DNA from: Vitrella brassicaformis CCMP3155
Taxonomy: Eukaryota; Protista; Chromerida
Assembly (NCBI GenBank): GCA_001179505.1
Contig: CDMY01000297.1
Location: 66,919-130,918, forward strand
DNA length: 64,000 nucleotides
Direction: 5' to 3'
A model generated the notes under the pieces. That model was not told the DNA's origin, ran no database searches, and saw nothing but the letters and a program-made list of their open reading frames with translations. Below are positions 1 through 13,484 of the stretch, piece by piece. How positions within the stretch are numbered: position 1 is the first letter of the stretch; every line of letters starts with the position of its first letter. The translations under genes and the position numbers were made by a program.

Positions 1-277
1 GCAATGCACACGATCAGCATGCCAACCGACACAGAGGAAGGAAGGACCGATGAATGAATAAAACCGACGTGCACTGCACCCACTCGTCCGTCCGTCCGTC
101 CACGGCAGCACATGGACATCATCCATCGATAGATACATGTACATGGCCACACGGCTGCTCACCCCTCTAGGAACTGCGTGTATCGACCTAACACCGATTG
201 ACACATCCAACCATCCAAGCATCCAACCGACTACCCACGAAACAAAATCGATCGCCGATTTCTCCAGCCCCCAGTCG

Positions 278-3200
278 TCACACCTCCTTGACGGAGACCT
301 TGCCAGTGTGTGTGCCGGTGTGTGCGTGTGTTGGGGGAGTGGTGGAGTCGCTGTCGGTCTCCTTGTTGACGGGCACTGGCTGCTCCAGCTGCTCCCTGAG
401 CTGGAATATCACCGACGGCCAGATCGACATGGCGAAGAAGTCGCCGATGAGATCGCCCTCGATGCCGTAGATACTGCGCACCTTGCACCGCAGCAACGCA
501 CCTGAGACATGCACACACATAAACAACCAACAATATGAACATCTCTCGCCGTGTGTGTGTGTGTGTGTTCTGTTGGTCTGTCTCGCGTACCCATGACGGC
601 GAACACAGTGAGGCACGCCCAGGCCACACAGTGCAGATTGTGCACTGGCGCATCAACCGCCCTGGTGATGGCCTGGATGATCAGCAGCGCCCATGCGCCG
701 TAGAAGAAGACTCCCATCATCAGGGCGGTTGTCCAGCCGCCCTTGCCCTTGCCGTGGGCCTTGCGTGCGACGGGGCCGAAGCCCAGCGACGGGCAGACGA
801 GGTACAGCAGGTGTGCCGGGACGGCCGCAAAGTCGGGGCGGTGGAACATCTGATGGTGTCAGGTCATGTGCAGACAGGGAGAGGGAGGGTGGGTGTTGGG
901 GTGGGTTGGGGTGTGCGCTGTCCGATGGATTACCTACCTGGATGAGGGGCAGCTTCCACTGCTCCCATCCATAGTGCTTGAGGACGCCCTTCTCCTTGGC
1001 CACATACTTGTAGAGCGACATCATCATGTAGCACATGACCACCGTGTATATCAACCTGACAGACCGATCTCAGCCACACACACACATAAGCTTAGCGCGC
1101 CTCCCTCCCTCCCTCCCTCCCTCATTGACCCACCCAGTAATGATCGATGCTGTCTGCAGGGATTTGAGAGCATGGTCGCCGCCCGACATGAGCAGCGCCG
1201 TGGCCGTGGCGCCCTCAGTGAAGGCCCAGAACACACGAGTGACGATCGTCGGCTCCTGCGTCCCGTTGTCTGCCAGAGAATCAACCACAAGCGACCCTGC
1301 AACACACACACGAAGGCCGCATATCGTCGATGGATGGTGTCTGTGTGTGATTGTGATTGTACAGTATTGCGTACGTACCCGAGTCCGACGACGTGACAAA
1401 GTAGAGAGTGATGCCGATGAGCGAGAGGAAAGTGAGAAGCGGCCCGATGCCCTCGTACTGGTCCATCAGGTCAAACCACATGTCATTGGTCCCGCGGCAC
1501 GACAACCGCAGCTTCTGACCTGGGTCCGGCACCTTCACACACACGACACAAACGCAGTAAGTGGCCTTTCACCCCATCCATCCGTCCGTCCATCTGTTCG
1601 GCCGCGCACGCACACACGCACCTTGAGGTCTTTCATGGAATCGCACGTGATGCCTTCTAGGGCCGCCTCGCGCTCGACCCGCAGCGCGCTGCCGCCGAAG
1701 ATGGTGAGCCAGAGGAAGGTGTAGACACAGGGGGCCGTCATGACGCCCATGATGAACTGGCGGATGGTGCGGCCGCGGGAGATCTTGGCGATGAAGATGC
1801 CGCAGAAGGGCGCCCAGGAGATCCACCAGCCCCAGTAGAAAATCGTCCTGATTGATCGCACACACCGACACAGACAGGTCGAAACTGTGTGTTCACATGT
1901 GGATGAATGAATGTGTGTGTACCACTCGTCCATCCATCCCGCGGGAGCGCCTGTGGCGTCGGGCGATCCACCGCCGTTGAGTTGCTCGAAGGCGTCCGTC
2001 CCTGCAATGCAGTACAGTGGATAGACACACGTAGACGAAGGAATGGATTGATGGATGGATGGATGTGTGTGTATGTGCAGGTAGGTGGTAAGGCACATGA
2101 CGTACACGTCTGCAGTTTGAGGATCCACTGGAAGTAAACACCGAGGTTTTGCGTGTAGAGGTTCAGCAGATACCTGACAAGAGGACACACACAGACAGTG
2201 CAGCACAGACCCCGCCACACTGAGACGTCCCCATCAGTGGCTGCTCGCCTTTGATTGACTCACCATGTGTCGTCAGCGAAGATGGTCAGCAGCATCAGGA
2301 CGTTGCCCACCATGAAGCAGATCTCACTCAGTATCTTCACCCCGACCTTCAGCCCTGAACAACACATGAACGACGGGCAGCCAGCCATACACAAACACAT
2401 ATCCATGCGCTCAGCCGCTCGGTGACTGACACGTTCCCTCCAATGCTCACCGCTGACGACCGACAGTGTGGCGATGGCGGTGATGACCCAGATGAGCAGC
2501 ACCTGAGAGTTCTCGCTCACCTCAAAACCCGGGAAATACCTTCACAAACAGCCAGAACCACATCACATACCACGTGACAATTACACGTCCAAGCCCATCG
2601 TCCTCCCACACACTCACCTGTTTAGGCCTGCGTTGAGTTGCATCGCCCCAAGGCCCAAAGACGTGCACACGCCGGCCACCGTGGCGACGATCGAGATGAC
2701 ATCGATGACGTCGCCCAGTGGCCCGAACACACGGTCGCCGAGCAGTGGGTAGAATGTGCTCTTCATGTTCATAGGAAGGTTGGATCGGTAACACAAAAGG
2801 CCCAGCAGCATGCCAAGAATCGCATACACCACCCAGGCGTGGAAGCCCCAGTGGAAATACGTTATCAGCATGCTCCTGCCAGACGGGAAACCAGGCCAGG
2901 ACGTCAGGAGGAGGAAGGATTGTGCCCCCATATCTCTGTCTGTCTGCCTGATCCGCTCCCGCACGTACGTACCACTGTGCGCGTTCGTTGTCTTCCATCT
3001 CGGACCACCGCGCCCCGTGGCACTCGCCCGTGCCAGGGACCGGGCTCCCGTCCTCGTTAAACCGGCGAGCACCGGCGAAGGGACTGCCATAGCACGGCTC
3101 ATAGTGCCATATTGGCTGAACCGATCGACACCAACAAACACGTGTGAGAATGAACATATGAGCACCGTGCGCCAGCGTGGCCGTCATGTATCCCCGATCC

Positions 3201-3972
3201 TCCCCACTAACTTACCTCAGCCACACCGAAGTAGAACAAACCGATACCAACGCCGCACGCAAACAGCATGGCAAACCAGGAGCCTGATGATGTCCATGCA
3301 TGTCTCTCAACTCAATGCCCTGGTCCACCCACCCTTCCACCCACCGAGTGAGAATTCGGGATCTTCGTCATCCTTGCCCATCTTAATGTCGCCATACTTG
3401 GACAAATACAGCCACAGCAGAAACACCGTCCACCTGGTTGGTTGATGCAGACAGACAGACAGACGACCTCAAGGAATCACAGCCGACGAAGAGGCTATTC
3501 CCTTGCCTTCCCTCCCGTGTCCACTTCGCTCACACTGCCTGGGTGCCCATATACAGCCACGTCCAGGTGCTGGTGATCCACAGCTTGGCCGACTCGAGGT
3601 GGATACGTGCGCAGGTCTCCGAGTCAGGGTCCTGGCAGGTGATCATGGCCCACGCGACGAACCCCCAGAGGAGGATGCACGCGGCTATCGTGATGACGGG
3701 ATTGCAGCGGATCTTCAAGAAGCCGATACCAAACGGGGTCACCTCGAACGAAAACATCTTCGACGACCAGTCCACCTCACCATTCTCGGACGCCTGGCAC
3801 CAGAAAGACACAGTCACACTCGATGACGCATGCGAGATGTCTCTCGTGTCGCTCGGCGTTCCTCGTCTGTCGTCACGACGCTCACCTCGGACGGGAGGAT
3901 GTCGACCTCGTGGTTGCCCGGGGAAAAGCCCAGCATCCCCTGGCTGCTCTTCTCGGATTGATGATGCGCCAT
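278..3972 (-). CDS. BCCT-family (betaine/carnitine/choline) transporter, multi-exon, with C-terminal PLAC8-like extension
   Basis: Spliced exons give [37 protein letters not shown], the BCCT signature [29 protein letters not shown], and YFVTSSDSG. Start [10 protein letters not shown] at 3972; stop at 278. Confidence 0.92.
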
Positions 3973-4193
3973 GGCGCAGATCTTGACCACCGGGCAGCAC
4001 TCGAGTCACTCTCTCACACTCACAGCGCCGCGGACGCGAGAAAAACCTGATGTTGAGATCCTCCGCAAAAGCTCGCTGGGGAGAGCTTAGCTCGCAGGCC
4101 TCGCAGCTCGCATCGTTGTTTCGGTGAGCATCTCCTCGCTTGTACGTCCATTCCGTCAAGCCACAGCTGCACGAAGCGACGTGAGTGACTGAA
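3973..4193. promoter_or_regulatory. Putative bidirectional promoter (BCCT / GH10)
   Basis: About 220 bp between divergent start codons; three AGCTCGC copies at 4070-4076, 4089-4095 and 4105-4111. Confidence 0.55.
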
Positions 4194-5636
4194 ATGAAGA
4201 AATCCTTTGCAGAGGAGGAGAGGGATGACGTGCCATACTTGCGCTGCCTGGCGGACAGGAAAGGCCTGCTGATTGGCACTGCTGTCAATGACTGGGCCCT
4301 GCGCAGCGGCGACGCTCCTTATCAGCAGATTCTGCAAAAACAGTTCAACGTGGTGGTAGCTGAGAATGCCTGCAAGTGGGGATCTCTTCGGCCGTCGAGG
4401 TCGGTATTCGACTTCACCGATGCAGACAGGATCCAGCAGCTGGCGGAGGACAACAAGCAGAAGTTCCGGGGACACTGCCTGTGAGCTGGCGTGTTTGTTT
4501 GGTCAGTGCAGATCTGCACTGCACTGCACACCATCTTGCCTGTGTGTGTGTGTGTGGTGTGCAGGGTGTGGCACAACTGGAATGGCAACCCGGAGTGGCT
4601 CAATCGCTTCCACGGCAGTGCTCAGGAGAAGCAGGCCCTACTCGAGGAGCACATCGGCACTGTGGTGAGGCACTTTGGCGGCAAGATCTTCGCTTGGGAC
4701 GTCGTCAACGAAGGTGATTGGGCCAGTCGTGGCATCAGCACCGACCATGTGCACATCCATCTGTCGTCTTTCACTGCTTGCGTGTGGCCAGCGCTTGAAG
4801 ATCAGCAGCCGGCCCCGTCGTGCCCCGCCCTCCGTAAGTCCATATGGTCAGACATCCCCGACTTTATCGACTTGGCCTTCCGCCGCGCCCACGAGGCCGC
4901 CCCGCCCTCCACACAGCTTTTCTACAACGACTACAACGTCGCCTCCTGCAGGGGATGGTCCAAGCCTAAGGCAGACGCCATGTTGCATCTTGTCAGGGGC
5001 ATGCTCGAAAGGGGCGTGCCCATACACGGGGTCAGTAGGCAGCAAACAGACGAGTGGTGCACAGGCACATCTATCTATGTGTCTGCTCTCTGCTTAATCT
5101 GTGTGTGTGTCAGGTGGGCTTCCAGCTGCACACCAACACTCACGCCAACACGTCAATGCTGATGGACGGCATCCGCGAGAATGTGAGGCGCTATGCTGAC
5201 CTCGGCATTGTGGTGCACATGACGGAAGTCGACGTGCCAGGTGAGCGTCAATGGTGGCAAACATCTGTGGTTGTGACCGATTGCCCACGTGTGTGGTGTG
5301 TGTGCAGGTGGCCAGTGGGATCACGGCAAGTTTCATCCACTGCCAGCGGACAAGTGGACGGACGCCGACAGGGCGACTCAAGCGGACATATACGGCGAGC
5401 TCCTCAAGATCTGTGTGGAAGAGCCGAACGTCAAGGCCTTCCTGAGCTGGGGATTCACCGACAAATACACGTGGCTGCCAGGTACTGCGTATAGAGAGAT
5501 GCATGTGTCCTAGCGGCATGTGTCCCATGTGTGTCTGTGTGTGCGCGTGTCTACAGAGGATTGTCCACTGCCGTGGGACCGTCAGTACGGAGAGAAGCCA
5601 GCGGTGAAGGCGATGCGGCGGGCACTAGAAGCGTGA
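4194..5636 (+). CDS. Glycoside hydrolase family 10 (endo-1,4-beta-xylanase-like), no signal peptide
   Basis: Motifs ENACKW, RGHCLVWH, WDVVNE (acid/base Glu), LFYNDYN, IHGVGFQLH, VHMTEVDV (nucleophile Glu) and WGFTDKYTWL, joined by canonical GT-AG introns. TGA at 5634-5636. Confidence 0.95.
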
Positions 5637-5873
5637 TCAATACATGTGGATGAAAGGAAAGAGAATTCGAAGTTTTTGTGTTGTCAAAGGGATGGGGCAA
5701 TGGGCAGACTACATGGATTTACGTTGCACATAGAATGCGTGTCCGTTTGCAAGCAAGGAGGCTGCGAAACAGCGATACGTATTGCGACTGCATGCACTGA
5801 CACGCAATGATCAACAGAGCAAGCGAGAGGAATACACGAAACACACAGCGACCAGTAGGTCAATTACACATGT

Positions 5874-8800
5874 TTATCTCGCCGTAAGGTAGCCGCTCCT
5901 GACTCTTGTGTGCGATGTGCGTGGTGTTTTGGGCCGCTGTGGCCCGGGTGAGACCTGGCGTAACCGGTGTGTCTGACCCAGACACTCTCCCACAAACTGC
6001 ATGGGACACAAGTGCAAGCAAAAGACGCACACACGCGGCATTGAATGCATTGAGCTAGTGCGGCGGCATTTCTGACCTGGATGAAGTCATGCGAGTGGAC
6101 CTGCCACGCATTCTTCGGGACGGGGGGCTCTGACAGACACACAATCAGGCAGACAGACAGACAGACACACAACAGAACACGTGTGCACACGGATGGATGC
6201 TTGTCTGCTTCTCGCTCACTCGACAGGTTGTGAATGAGTATGAGCTCCAACACGCGAGGGCCCACCACCGTGGCGACCTGCTGCAGCAAGAAGGGATCGC
6301 CACTGATCAGTACAGCCCTCGTCCGCCAACTCTGCACACACACACACGCACAAGAGATTGCATAATTGCGTGTCTCGCGGGGCGGATCGGATCGGTGGCC
6401 GCTGTCGACCGCCTGACCTTGACGGTGGCGATGAGCGGGAGGAATTCGGTGAATATCATCTCCTGCTCTTCGCCCAGCTTGAAGGTCTTGACGTCCATAA
6501 CCTCACATCCACCGTAGCGAAGAGCCTTACGCAACTACGGTGGATACAGACGCAGAGACACAGTCACGTCTCCTTTGGGGTGTGTGTGTGTGTGTGTTTA
6601 CCGGTACTGGAAGGTCGGCCTTGAACGAATTGTAAACCACCTGCACACATGGACACAGAAGCGCACATCGTGCAGTACGGCCGCATCCCCGTGCAGCGAC
6701 TGCATCGGCTGTACCAGCATCTTGCGCTTCGACAACACGCGATCGCGCTGGAAGCTCTCGACACAGAAGTGGTTGAGGCCGAACCTCAGCAGCAGCACCC
6801 GAATGACCCGCACAATGTCCCCAATATTTTCCCAACACGGCGGCAAAGGACACGTCGTGATGTCCCACACCACCTGATGGATGACACACACCCGCAGAGA
6901 CACATGTATGGATCCAATTCGCTGTATTGTGTGTGAGTGTATGTCCATCCTCACCTTTTGATATGTCTGATCGGTGGTGCTGGGAAACGGTGCCCTTCTG
7001 TACTCGGTGATGCTGCTGCATGGCTGCCACCACTGCGGCCGCGGCAATGCTGGCATCAGCTGGGGCGCTGCTTGGGGGCTGGGTGATGCTGCCTCATACT
7101 GGCCGCGCACCGGAGGCCGAGGGGAGCCGGTGGCGTCAGACGGCGACACAGAGGGGGCTGCGTCGTGGTCGGCTGTCGTCTGTGTGGCCTCCATGGGTTG
7201 GGGTGGTGGTGATGAGGTGTCTGTTGGCTCCTCGTCCACTGCCTGGTGCCACCTGGCAAACTCTGTCCGGAGCACCTCCAGCCTGAAACTCAACTGAGAA
7301 AGGCAATGATGGTGAAATGTCTCTTTGTCGGTGTGTGTGTTTCATTGTCTCCCTTACTTTGATCATTTGCAGGTATTTGTCCTGGTTAATCGGTTGGTTG
7401 AGGACCTCTGACGCCACCCAATCAGGGGAATTCAAAGCCCGGCGGAGATACCCCTCCAAAGCTGCACAAAATAGTTACAGTCATCTGTGTCGCTCCCTGC
7501 CCTGACCTATTAGTGTGTGTGTCGCCCCTCCCCTTTTAAGACACGCACTGAATGCGGGCGCGTCGAGGTTGGTCTGGGGACGCTTAGCGGGTGCCCGCGT
7601 GGCGCGGTATGTCCTGCACGGCGGCTTGGCGTCCTTGGCGCCCCTCGGCTTGGCCTTTTTCTTCCCATGGGCCGCTTTCACCTCCTTAAGATCCCTCTCG
7701 ATCACCGACTCGCCCAGCACTTTGGCCGTCCTCTCCTCGGACCTCTCCGTGTGTGGGATGGGCAGGCTGAGTACTTGGGCGGTCGTGCTGGTCGTTTCCG
7801 TGATGGCTGTGCCCCTCTTAAGGGGGTGCGGTGTCTGCTGCTGTTGCGTGCTGCTGGCGGTGGGCGTGCGGAGGGTTGTGCGGAGGCTGACCATTGTGGG
7901 GGCCATGTTGTTGGCGCGCTTGGGGGCGTCGTCGGTCAGGTCCATTTCATCCTCCTTCGGTGTGGGCAAGAGAGCTGAAAGAGGGAAAGACAGAGAGGGG
8001 TAGTGTCGGTGGTGCGTGAGCATACTGCTCGGCGTACTCTCCAGCTGTGTCGACAGATGGAGGATGGCGAGCATGGCGTTCCGAAACTGCTCGAGCGGCA
8101 CATCACGGTAGTTGAGCCACACACGCCAGGCCTTCTCAAACACACCCCTGGCACACACGACGAGAAGGAGAAAGAGCCATGACTGCGACCTGCAGGAGGT
8201 TTCTTACCTTGCTGCATCCCGCTCGCCAGGAGTGTCGGCCAGATGAGTGAGAACGTCGCACAAGTTATGGAAGTCTTGCGCCTGTGGTGCAATTGTTGAG
8301 AGCAGATGCGTGTGTGCAGTGCAAGGGGGAATACTGATGGCAGCTCTCTGTTACGTACCTCCCATTTCTCGAAGAAGACCGATGGGTGGTGGTTGGCAAC
8401 GCACAAACGCACCAGGTCCCAGAGGCTCGCCAGCTCACTCCGCCTCGCCAACATCTGATCGTCCTCTTGTCTCTTCTGATGCCCAGCCCCCTCTCCCTCT
8501 CCCTCTCCCTCCTCGCCCTCCCCGCCCTCCCCGCCGTGCTGTCCGCCTGCCTTTTCCATATCTGTGTCTGCAAGCTCCTCATACTTGAATCCGTTGTGGC
8601 ACAGCTGGATGAACTGCGACAGACACAACTCCAGCTCCACATAGGTCTCGCCGCCACCATCTAGGAGGGAGGACGGCAGCGGCAGCGGATACACCTCCAC
8701 CTTGTCACTTCCCCTCAGCAGACGCCTGTTCCAGAAGGCCTGTCTCGCCTGGTTCGGGCCCCTCTGGCGCGGCATGTGCTTGGGGTGGGGCGGCGACGCC

Positions 8801-9692
8801 AGTCGGCTCCACTTGTTGGCGTTCCTTAGCGAGCGCACCTCCCTTATCTCCTCAATCTCTTCCTGTGTGGCCGTCTCCCACCCTCCCCACGGCGTGGGGG
8901 CGCTGTAGAGGTCCCGCAGGCGGCTCCAGGTCTGTGCGAGCCGGGTGGTGAGGTCCACCCAGGGTGGGCTGAAGTATGGGTTGACGGCAGGATCGCTCAG
9001 GTGGGCGTAGAGGACACGCTGGTTGAGGAACACGCGGATGCGGCAGTAGTCCTGTGTGGGGACGACGCGAGCAAGGTACGCAAAGTGCATCTCGCCGTCA
9101 TCGGTCGGGATGATGATGGTGTGGCCTTCCACGAAGTCCTGCAAGTCGTGGGCCGTCTCTTTGCCGCTCTGCCCCCTCCCATTGCTTCCTGGACCATTGC
9201 TTCCTGGATGACCACCACCGTCGCGAAATCCCAGGGCATCCCAGTGCAGGGGCCCTTCGGCGGACGGGCAAACCTCTTCGATGGCCTCCCTCCAGATCTC
9301 ATCGATCTCGCGTTGGTCAAGCCCTTTGTCCTCAAAGCTTGTCCTCTCACGGATGGTCGCTCTTGCCTGGCGACAGATCTGGTCGTACGACTCTGTGACG
9401 AGCTGCTTGGCCTGCCGCCGCAGCTGTCCCTCCATCAATGAGAGCGAGAAACCAAGGGCCACGCCTGTGCACAGACAGATGCAGCATTCAACAGACAATG
9501 CATGTGTGACACGCGTGTGTGCTCACCTCTGCATTGCTCAATAGTGGTTGCAGAGAAGCCCCGCTCAAACTCGCGCATCCGCTGTCGGAGGGCGGCGATC
9601 CCGCCATGAAGTGCAGAGGGAGCCACTCCATGACTCAGAGGAGGGGTCTCCACTGACTTGAGTTGTGCTTGCTTCCTGGGAGATCCTGACAT
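5874..9692 (-). CDS. Large hypothetical protein with C-terminal NYN (LabA/MARF1-type, PIN-like) domain
   Basis: A long 520-codon open stretch plus spliced exons. The C-terminal exons read VVWDITTCPLPP...IVRVIRVLLLRFG and AVLISGDPFL...LILIH, resembling the NYN motifs VFWDxENCP and LISGDxDF. Confidence 0.6.
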
Positions 9693-9996
9693 TGGGTTTT
9701 GAAGCTGCGCGTACTCATTCCTGACAAAAATGGTTGCATTGGCATCACAACAAGTATCACAAGAAGTGAGGGAAGATGGGAATTCGCTGCTTACGTGACG
9801 CGGGGAGGCTTGTAATCGTTGTCGAACAAGGGATCACAGCGTATGTCCCTCCACATCTTGTATGCTTCTGGCGATAGTTACCGTGGGGGAAGGGAGAACG
9901 TCGAGACTGGGCCCCCAGAGATTCTGGGGACATTTTGTTCCTTCCCTCCCATCATCGTCGCAAGGTTGAACGGTGCACGGCTCCCACATCGTCGCA

Positions 9997-12900
9997 ATGG
10001 CGTTGCCCGCTGTCCCGCAAGATGACCTGTCGCATCGCATGCTAGAGGTGTACGCCGCTGCTGGCCTCTCTCTTCTACCGGCGGGCTCTCCTGAGGCACA
10101 CTTGAAGGCGCTGCTGACACAACGAGGAGCGCTACCGGACAAGCAAGACGGCCACGAGGCCAAGAAGAGACTGTCCATCGCTGACCAGGCTTCCCCCCGG
10201 CCAAAGGCGGAGGAACACACCAAGGCCGCGCCAACCAAAGCCAGGGTGGCCCTCCCCCCGTTGAGAAACGGCGAAAAGCGCCACGAGCACGAGGATGAGA
10301 GCAGACCTGACGAGGAATCAGCCCCAATCGTCCCTCGCAAGCGCAGATTCCCGCGGCAGCCTCGCGAAGTGGTATGGATTCGATCACTGACATTCATGCA
10401 CTCGTCGGTGCTCTTGGAGGGATGTTAAATGTCCTTCCAGGTTCAATTAAAGGCGATGGGCTACAGCGAGCTGATAGATCTGTATCGGCAGAAGAAGGCC
10501 TCGGACATGATTTCGCTTCTCAAGCAGCACCCAGTCAAGACCAACATCAGGCAGCGTATGGAGCTGGCAGAGGTACATACATGGAATTCGCTCTTACACA
10601 TCTTGAGCTGATTGCACATTATGTGGGTGATAGGCTTTAGGTCTGAAGGACAGTGAGTGGGACAAGGTGCAGGACTCGTCGGCTTTGCAGATCTTTATGA
10701 GGGCCGAGAAGAAACTACGCACAGTGCAGGTGGTGGCCGCCGTCCGCATTCAGGCCGCATGTCGTGCCTGGAAGGTCCGCAGGGAGATCAAACGGGTGAG
10801 CTTGGGAACCAGAAGAGCCCACACTGCCAGGGACCAGGGCACCCATTCTTTGTGCATGTCTCATGACCATGCAGGCGCAGCTGCTGCAGGAAACGAAGTC
10901 CTGTATCATTCAGCGGAAGTGGCGCCGTTGGGCGAGATACCAGCGTGGAGTGGTTAGGCTGATCCGTCTTCGGGAGAGGCGCCTTGCTGCCGTCATCACC
11001 ATCCAAGCTGTCAGTCAGTCAGGGCTGAGGGCACACCAAAGAGACACAAGGGCATGCGTAAGGTCCACGTGCAATGTGCAGGCTTGTCGCGGGTGGATAT
11101 TCCGTTCGGGCAGGGCTGGGCTTACATCTCTCATCAAGATCAGGATGCTGCTGCAGACCTTCCACTGGATCAAGAAAACAAGAGAGTCGCTGGTAAGGCG
11201 GTGTAAATGCCGTTGCACCCCGCGCATCACGGTGTCTTGTCTCCCCTCGTGATCACATACAGGCAGCGTTCCGGATACAGAGGAACTGGCGCATATACGC
11301 TGATGCCAAGAAGGCGCCTGTCGATGCTGGCAAGACCATTCTCATCCTCGGCTCACTCTACCAACGGTCACTTCAAGAGGTAACCAACAGCCGGCACCCA
11401 TGAATACATCGCATCCCTCGATGTGCATATGTGTATTTGCCTGTATTTGGGATGGGAAGGCGAGGCGGCGAGCTCTGAATGTGATACTGGAGGGGACGCC
11501 CAGACCACTACGCTCTAACTTCGAGTTCACCTTCAGCATATTCGCCCTCGCCCAGGCCCAGGGCAAGAGGATCGCTGTCTTAGGTATGTTAGCCGCATTT
11601 GCCCAGGTGGAAACCTGTGTCTACTCCCTTAATCGCAGAGCGTCGGGCTTTCACCACAGCCACAGGGTGCCTGACCAAGCTGGGAAGCAAGCTTTCAGAC
11701 GAGCACGGCAGCAGCGCCAGCAATAAGGCAGATGGTGACTCTAGTGGTCAAAGGCCGAAATTTGATGGCAGTATGTGGTCAAAAGCGACTCTGGTCGTCA
11801 TGGGACTCACGTCCGTCAAGCCCAACGTGTCGGCCAAGACAAAGAAGGAGTGTGTGGCCTTCGAGCAGGAAGTACTGCGGCCTCTCTTTCCCAGACGCAA
11901 GCCAGTCAAACGACTAAGTAAGCGGGAAGAAGAGACATGATATATATGGGGGCCTTGTGTGCATCATGTGCAGGGACAGAGGCCACCGAGAAGAAGCCCC
12001 CGACCCCCGGCCGCTCCCCAGCAAGAGAGGCCAGGGGCAGGGGCACGCGGCGCGCGTCACAGCACGAAGCAGCCAAACAGCAGGAATCGGCCAAATCGGC
12101 AGGGCCATCCAAGACGCAAGACAGCACAGCCAAGGGCGACGGCACGCCCCCTAGTGACAAGAAGGGCGGCCTCCGTCTGCCTGCAGCCGTCAAGCACACG
12201 CACGAGGGTCCGCGGCAGCTGCCGGCGATCGCGAGCCTGAAGAGGCAGTCTGTGCCTACAGGGCCTGTCGGCTTTGTGATGGCAGACATGTCGCCCACCA
12301 GTGCTGACCAGGAAGTGGCACGACGCCGCCGCCACTCGACATTCGCTGACGGCCTTCACCACGCCACCCCCCATCTCCCCTCGTTAACGCCGACAGTCCT
12401 GTCCCCATCCAGCGGAGCCTCAGACATCCGCTGGCGGCAACGGAGCGTTACGTACAGCCCCCAAACCCGCGCGAGAAGGGCGTCAATCGGGGCCACCGTT
12501 CCCAAGGAGCTGCTCGTGCGTTCTGTGCAGGAGAAGACCCCACTGCAGGGGCTGCTAAGTGACGGCTCCTTCAAGTACAGCAACCGGCTGCGGCAGAGGC
12601 ACTACGCGTCTTTGGTGGCCATGCTGGTGGCGAGGAGGGCAGCAACAATAACGGACTCGGCGGCCTCCTCGCCGGCGGCCAAGCTGAAACACTTCGATCG
12701 GACGTTCTCGCGAAACTCGCTCGAGGCCCATCCTCTCTTTGAGCTGGAACACAAGGGCAACACCACTCTGGAGGGCGTCCTCGCCAAACTGGGCGATACG
12801 GGCGCACAGGAAAGGTCGGACATGAAGAGAGAAGGAGATGGGTGCGTGTCATGGATGGACTGCTGCCTGTGGCTTGAGTGGATCAGAGCCGAGAATATTC

Positions 12901-13484
12901 CCCTGAGACGGTCAACGAGCCAGAAGATCGAGGAGCGGTTCATCGAGAGGTGCGCTAAGTATGGGCGGCAAGCTGTACTTTCGCTGCTGCAGCTGCAGCC
13001 AGATGTGTGAATAATTAATGTGGTGTCAGCTGTGTGCTTTGGAACATATTGACGCTGCTTGTGTGTCTCTCAGACAGTGTTTGCTCTCAGTCAGTCATTG
13101 TGTTATTGAGCCATCAATCGATCAACCAATCACACGTATGAGTGTGCCGCTGCCTCTGCTGCTCAGTCGGTGTAATTCTTCTCCTGCGTGTGCCCACACA
13201 GAGACACGAAAAGGAAAGAATGTGCATTTGATGAGGCGTGTCTGCTCCGTCCCCCATACACAACATACGTAGTAGTGCCGCATCCAGAGGAGATCTCTGA
13301 TTTTGTCAGTCAGCTCTTCGCGCTTCGTTCGCCGATAAAACCTCTCACTGCATCACAAGAAAGAACCTCTCTTGTTGTCTGTCTGTCTGTCTGTCTCCAT
13401 GTGTGTCCGTACGGTATGGTTCTGTCGAGGTTGATGTACGAGAGTGGGGTGGCGCGCCTCTTTGTCGGTGCAGGGAAGGGCTGA
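9997..13484 (+). CDS. IQ-motif (calmodulin-binding) protein with low-complexity C-terminus; 3' end uncertain
   Basis: Several IQ motifs on successive exons: AAVRIQAACRAWKVRR, IIQRKWRRW, AVITIQA|ACRGWIFR, AAFRIQRNWRIY. Confidence 0.62.
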
